Assembly: GCF_964355755.1 (NCBI RefSeq)
Contig: NC_092672.1
Location: forward strand, 30,634,437 to 30,698,436
Length of the DNA: 64,000 nucleotides
Source: Antedon mediterranea
Lineage: Eukaryota > Animalia > Echinodermata
Direction of reading: 5' to 3'
Every line of letters starts with the position of its first letter. Position 1 is the first letter of the stretch. Positions 60,895-64,000 of the stretch are shown here, in pieces. The translations under genes and the position numbers were made by a program. The notes under the pieces are model-generated. The model was not told the origin of the DNA, ran no database searches, and saw only the letters and a program-made list of their open reading frames with translations.

Positions 60895-61323
60895 CTGATG
60901 ATCAAAATAAAATTTACGTTAAAATAAAGGTTTAAGCTTGGTGCCTATAGTATTTACAGCGCAACGCAAGTCCGTATTTACGCGCAACGCAAGTAATTTG
61001 ACCAATCACGACATGGATGATTCATAATCGACTCATGATTTTGTCAATTTACTGACGTTCATGCCCTTACGACCTTGTGTTGCGTATGCACGCGTCCCTG
61101 ATGCGGTGGTACGGTAAGATAGACATGCAGTCCCCCGCCTACAGTATCACCAGTCTTAAGTTTTACCCGGGTAGCATTACTTTTTTTCCTATTGCGTTAA
61201 GGCAGAAACTATAGAGGGCCTGAATTCTCACATAAATATTCATGATGTGACGTCAAACACTGGAAATAGTTCTCACGCGGTACCGAAAATTATCTCTCGT
61301 CGCACTGCGATGGTAGCTGCTGC

Positions 61324-62172
61324 CAGATGTGCTCAGAATTAGTAAAAGGTTGAAAAAAATAAAAGAAAAACTGAATTTTTTCACCACAGTGCATTTCTAT
61401 AAGGTCCCTATATGAACATACTAAAAGTCTACAAAAATCCAGGTACACAAAATGGCCGCCAATGGCGAAAATGTCTAAAAATTGACCAAAAAACATAAAT
61501 AGTAGATCTAATTACCGCTTTAGGCCTATAGCAGTTTTTACAATGCTTTTTATATTTCTTTAGTGTCAAACATTTCAACTGCAATACAATTAATATACAT
61601 ATTAATTTAAGCGCTATTAGAAAATGGCCGCAACATTTTCTAGATGTTGTCTTCCTTTTCTTTTATTCAATTGTTCACACTTCAAAAATAGTACAAGTTA
61701 TGTGCAACAATGATAACAGGTATCATAGTAATAAACAATAAGGTAATCAAACTAATTTTTAAAAAATGTATAAAGATACTTGTACTTTAGGCCTAAGTAT
61801 CAAGATATCACCACAGTTATAATAATAAACAACGTAATTATAATGTATCATTATCAGGACAATCCTCCGTCTATAGTATATTAGAAGGAATTGAGCATGT
61901 GCTGATGCCTTGACATTACTGGTGGTAAATTTTTCATCAATGGACACATGCCATTTGGTTGAAGAGTATTTTCTATTCACTGCTGTACCTGGTAATAGAC
62001 ATGCAAGGAATGATATTTTGCAGCATATGTTGGGGGAATAGATTTTATTTTGCTTTTTGCTCCTTTCTCACAGAACCTTAGGTTGTCTAAAGTGCTACCA
62101 ATGCCAATTCATCTGATGCGATGATTTGTTTTTAGACGTTTAGTTTTACAGAGATTGTAAGCACACCGTACT
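61324..62172. mobile_element. Diverged partial copy of the Academ-derived element (left arm plus XPG fragment)
   Basis: GCTCAGAAT.AGTAAAAGGTTGAAAAAA...TGCATTTCTATAAGGTCCCTATATGAACATACTAAAAGTCTA matches about 34120-34220; 61890-62165 matches about 34660-35005. Confidence 0.75.
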
Positions 62173-63141
62173 ACTGCAGTATTGGAGAGGGCACCCTACT
62201 TTTGAAATTTAGTTCAAAATTGCAAAATTTTAGGGTTTTGGGAAAAACACAATATTTGTAAAATTAACTGATTAACGGAAAAATATTATTAGTGAAATAA
62301 ATTCATAAATGATTTTAGTACATTGTCATGTAAAATTAAATGTCTTTGAACCAAACAATAATCTGTAATTTAACGGAAAAATCAACCAATGTCTTTTTTC
62401 CGAAATTGTACCCTAGAAAATCGTTAAAATAAAATATTTAGCAAAATTGAACAGTCCTGAATTTTAAATCCCTGGTAGAAATATTAAATCTACAGAATAC
62501 GATCGATATTAAGATACAAAATTCGGTAAGTGGGATGCAGCTCCGACTATTCAAACTAAAGGTACCTCCCTATTTGTTCCATCGAAAACTAGCGAAACCG
62601 CCATTTTGTAAACAATTGTCATCGTGTTTATGAATTAATTTATTTATAGCGAACGATATACGCGATGTTTATTATTGTCCGCGTATAAGTATTTATATAA
62701 AAAAATACATTCCATTACAAAGTATTTTATTACTTGTTTATTTATGACAATATAAATTTTAGTTGAGGAATATTTATCATAACTATTATAATAGCTTGTA
62801 TACGAGTCCGAGGCCTAGCCCTATTTAGCGAGCGATTGTTCCAGGGGCGCAAAGTCACTTAGTGACATCGTGATCGGGCGCGTCGGGACTAGCTAATATC
62901 AATAATATGAACTGAAATAAACGGCTAACAAGAACTGTTGTAATATACTTGCTTACAATTTTTTGTTAATGATGAACAAACAAGCAATTAATTTGAATAA
63001 CAAATTATTTTAAATTTTGTTTGGGTAAAAACATAATAATGTACCAAAGTAACAAACTACTGTATAATAATTAATAGTAATACAGTATTTATAAAATATA
63101 ATATAGGCCTAACAATAAATATTCAATTTTTAAGGTCTACC

Positions 63142-63168
63142 CATAGAGATAATTATAGTGAACCTATG
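63142..63168. mobile_element. Tiny P-like remnant or footprint
   Basis: CATAG...CTATG (27 bp) flanked by the exact 7-bp repeat GTCTACC (63135-63141, 63169-63175). Confidence 0.65.
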
Positions 63169-64000
63169 GTCTACCACATGACAATAACATAATTTACAAC
63201 GTATAGTGTAGTAGGTTTGCATTCAACATAAAACATTTGTATTGTAATTCGCCTATCATGAATTCTCTGCAACATTGGCTACATTATTATTTTGTAATTC
63301 AACATTTTGTTTTAAATTATTAAAGTATAGTTTGGGTATCATCTTTTTATTCACTTCACTCTCAATTTGAAGTCACAATGATTTCTGAAAGTGTCAACAA
63401 AATTAATAAATTTTATTTAACAAATATTTTTAATGTCTGGTTGTATTATATAATTATGATATTATTATTATATATTATATGATGGCCTAAAAAATAAAAG
63501 GGGGCTGTATTTTATTATTTAAATTAAAGTATTTACCATTATTATTTATATAATCTAGGCCTACTACTAGCCTAGCTAGGCATCTATATTTAGCTTAATA
63601 AATCAAATAATAAATGAAAAATAAAATAATAATAATACTGATTAAAAAGTATTTGTTTGGGGTGATCAAATCACCGTTCCAGGCTGGGCCGGCCAGGACC
63701 AATGATATTCGTACAGTACAACTTAACGACTATCGGATCAGCATCAACACAGTTTACAAAACCATGGATATTTCCTTCATGGTACAACACACGTCTCGTT
63801 ATCGCCTATACTGACCACCATAGAGTTATTACTATAATATCTCTATGTACTGACATACGTGTCTCGCGTCGCCGAAACCACGCTCACAGCTAGAAAATGT
63901 ACTACCTTTCGAGGCCTGAGAATACACCAACAAATTTTGAACAGGATAGAAATATATCATACTCGATTAAAGTAATATTATTCTTGATAAAACAATTGAT

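Noticed and set aside
63614-63893. Missing first exon of the sulfotransferase
   Set aside because: All three frames after the minus-strand acceptor-like site near 63890 hit stops, and no transmembrane segment is encoded.

Overview
AT-rich, intron-containing, repeat-dense animal genomic DNA, not prokaryotic. The gene and transposon families suggest a marine invertebrate, plausibly an echinoderm (inference only). Genic content is all on the minus strand. (1) An 11-exon innate-immune gene, not assembled by the ORF track, reconstructs at 22189-27757 as tandem DED-like domains, a charged micro-exon linker and a TIR domain with the S-x-x-C-x-x-E motif. It is disabled by a missing start, a 2-nt frameshift and a 708-bp solo LTR inside a TIR exon. 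Partial paralogous 3' ends lie at about 37.9-38.4 kb and 45.9 kb. (2) A single-DED ORF (17830-18099) lies behind a promoter-like block with kappaB-, ETS- and YY1-like motifs that is copied four times. (3) A tandem pair of Sulfotransfer_2 (CHST11-like) catalytic exons is present, one intact (60034-60894) and one pseudogenised (54805-55647). The 28-48 kb region is a mosaic of recent segmental duplications. Mobile DNA includes nested LINE fragments, Academ-derived elements, DINE-1/HINE-like elements, foldback elements, a Harbinger MITE, a P/hAT-like element, several tiny TSD-flanked palindromes resembling P-element excision footprints, a 557-bp near-perfect palindrome and two minisatellites. Coordinates were read by eye and family assignments come from motif recognition, not database searches.
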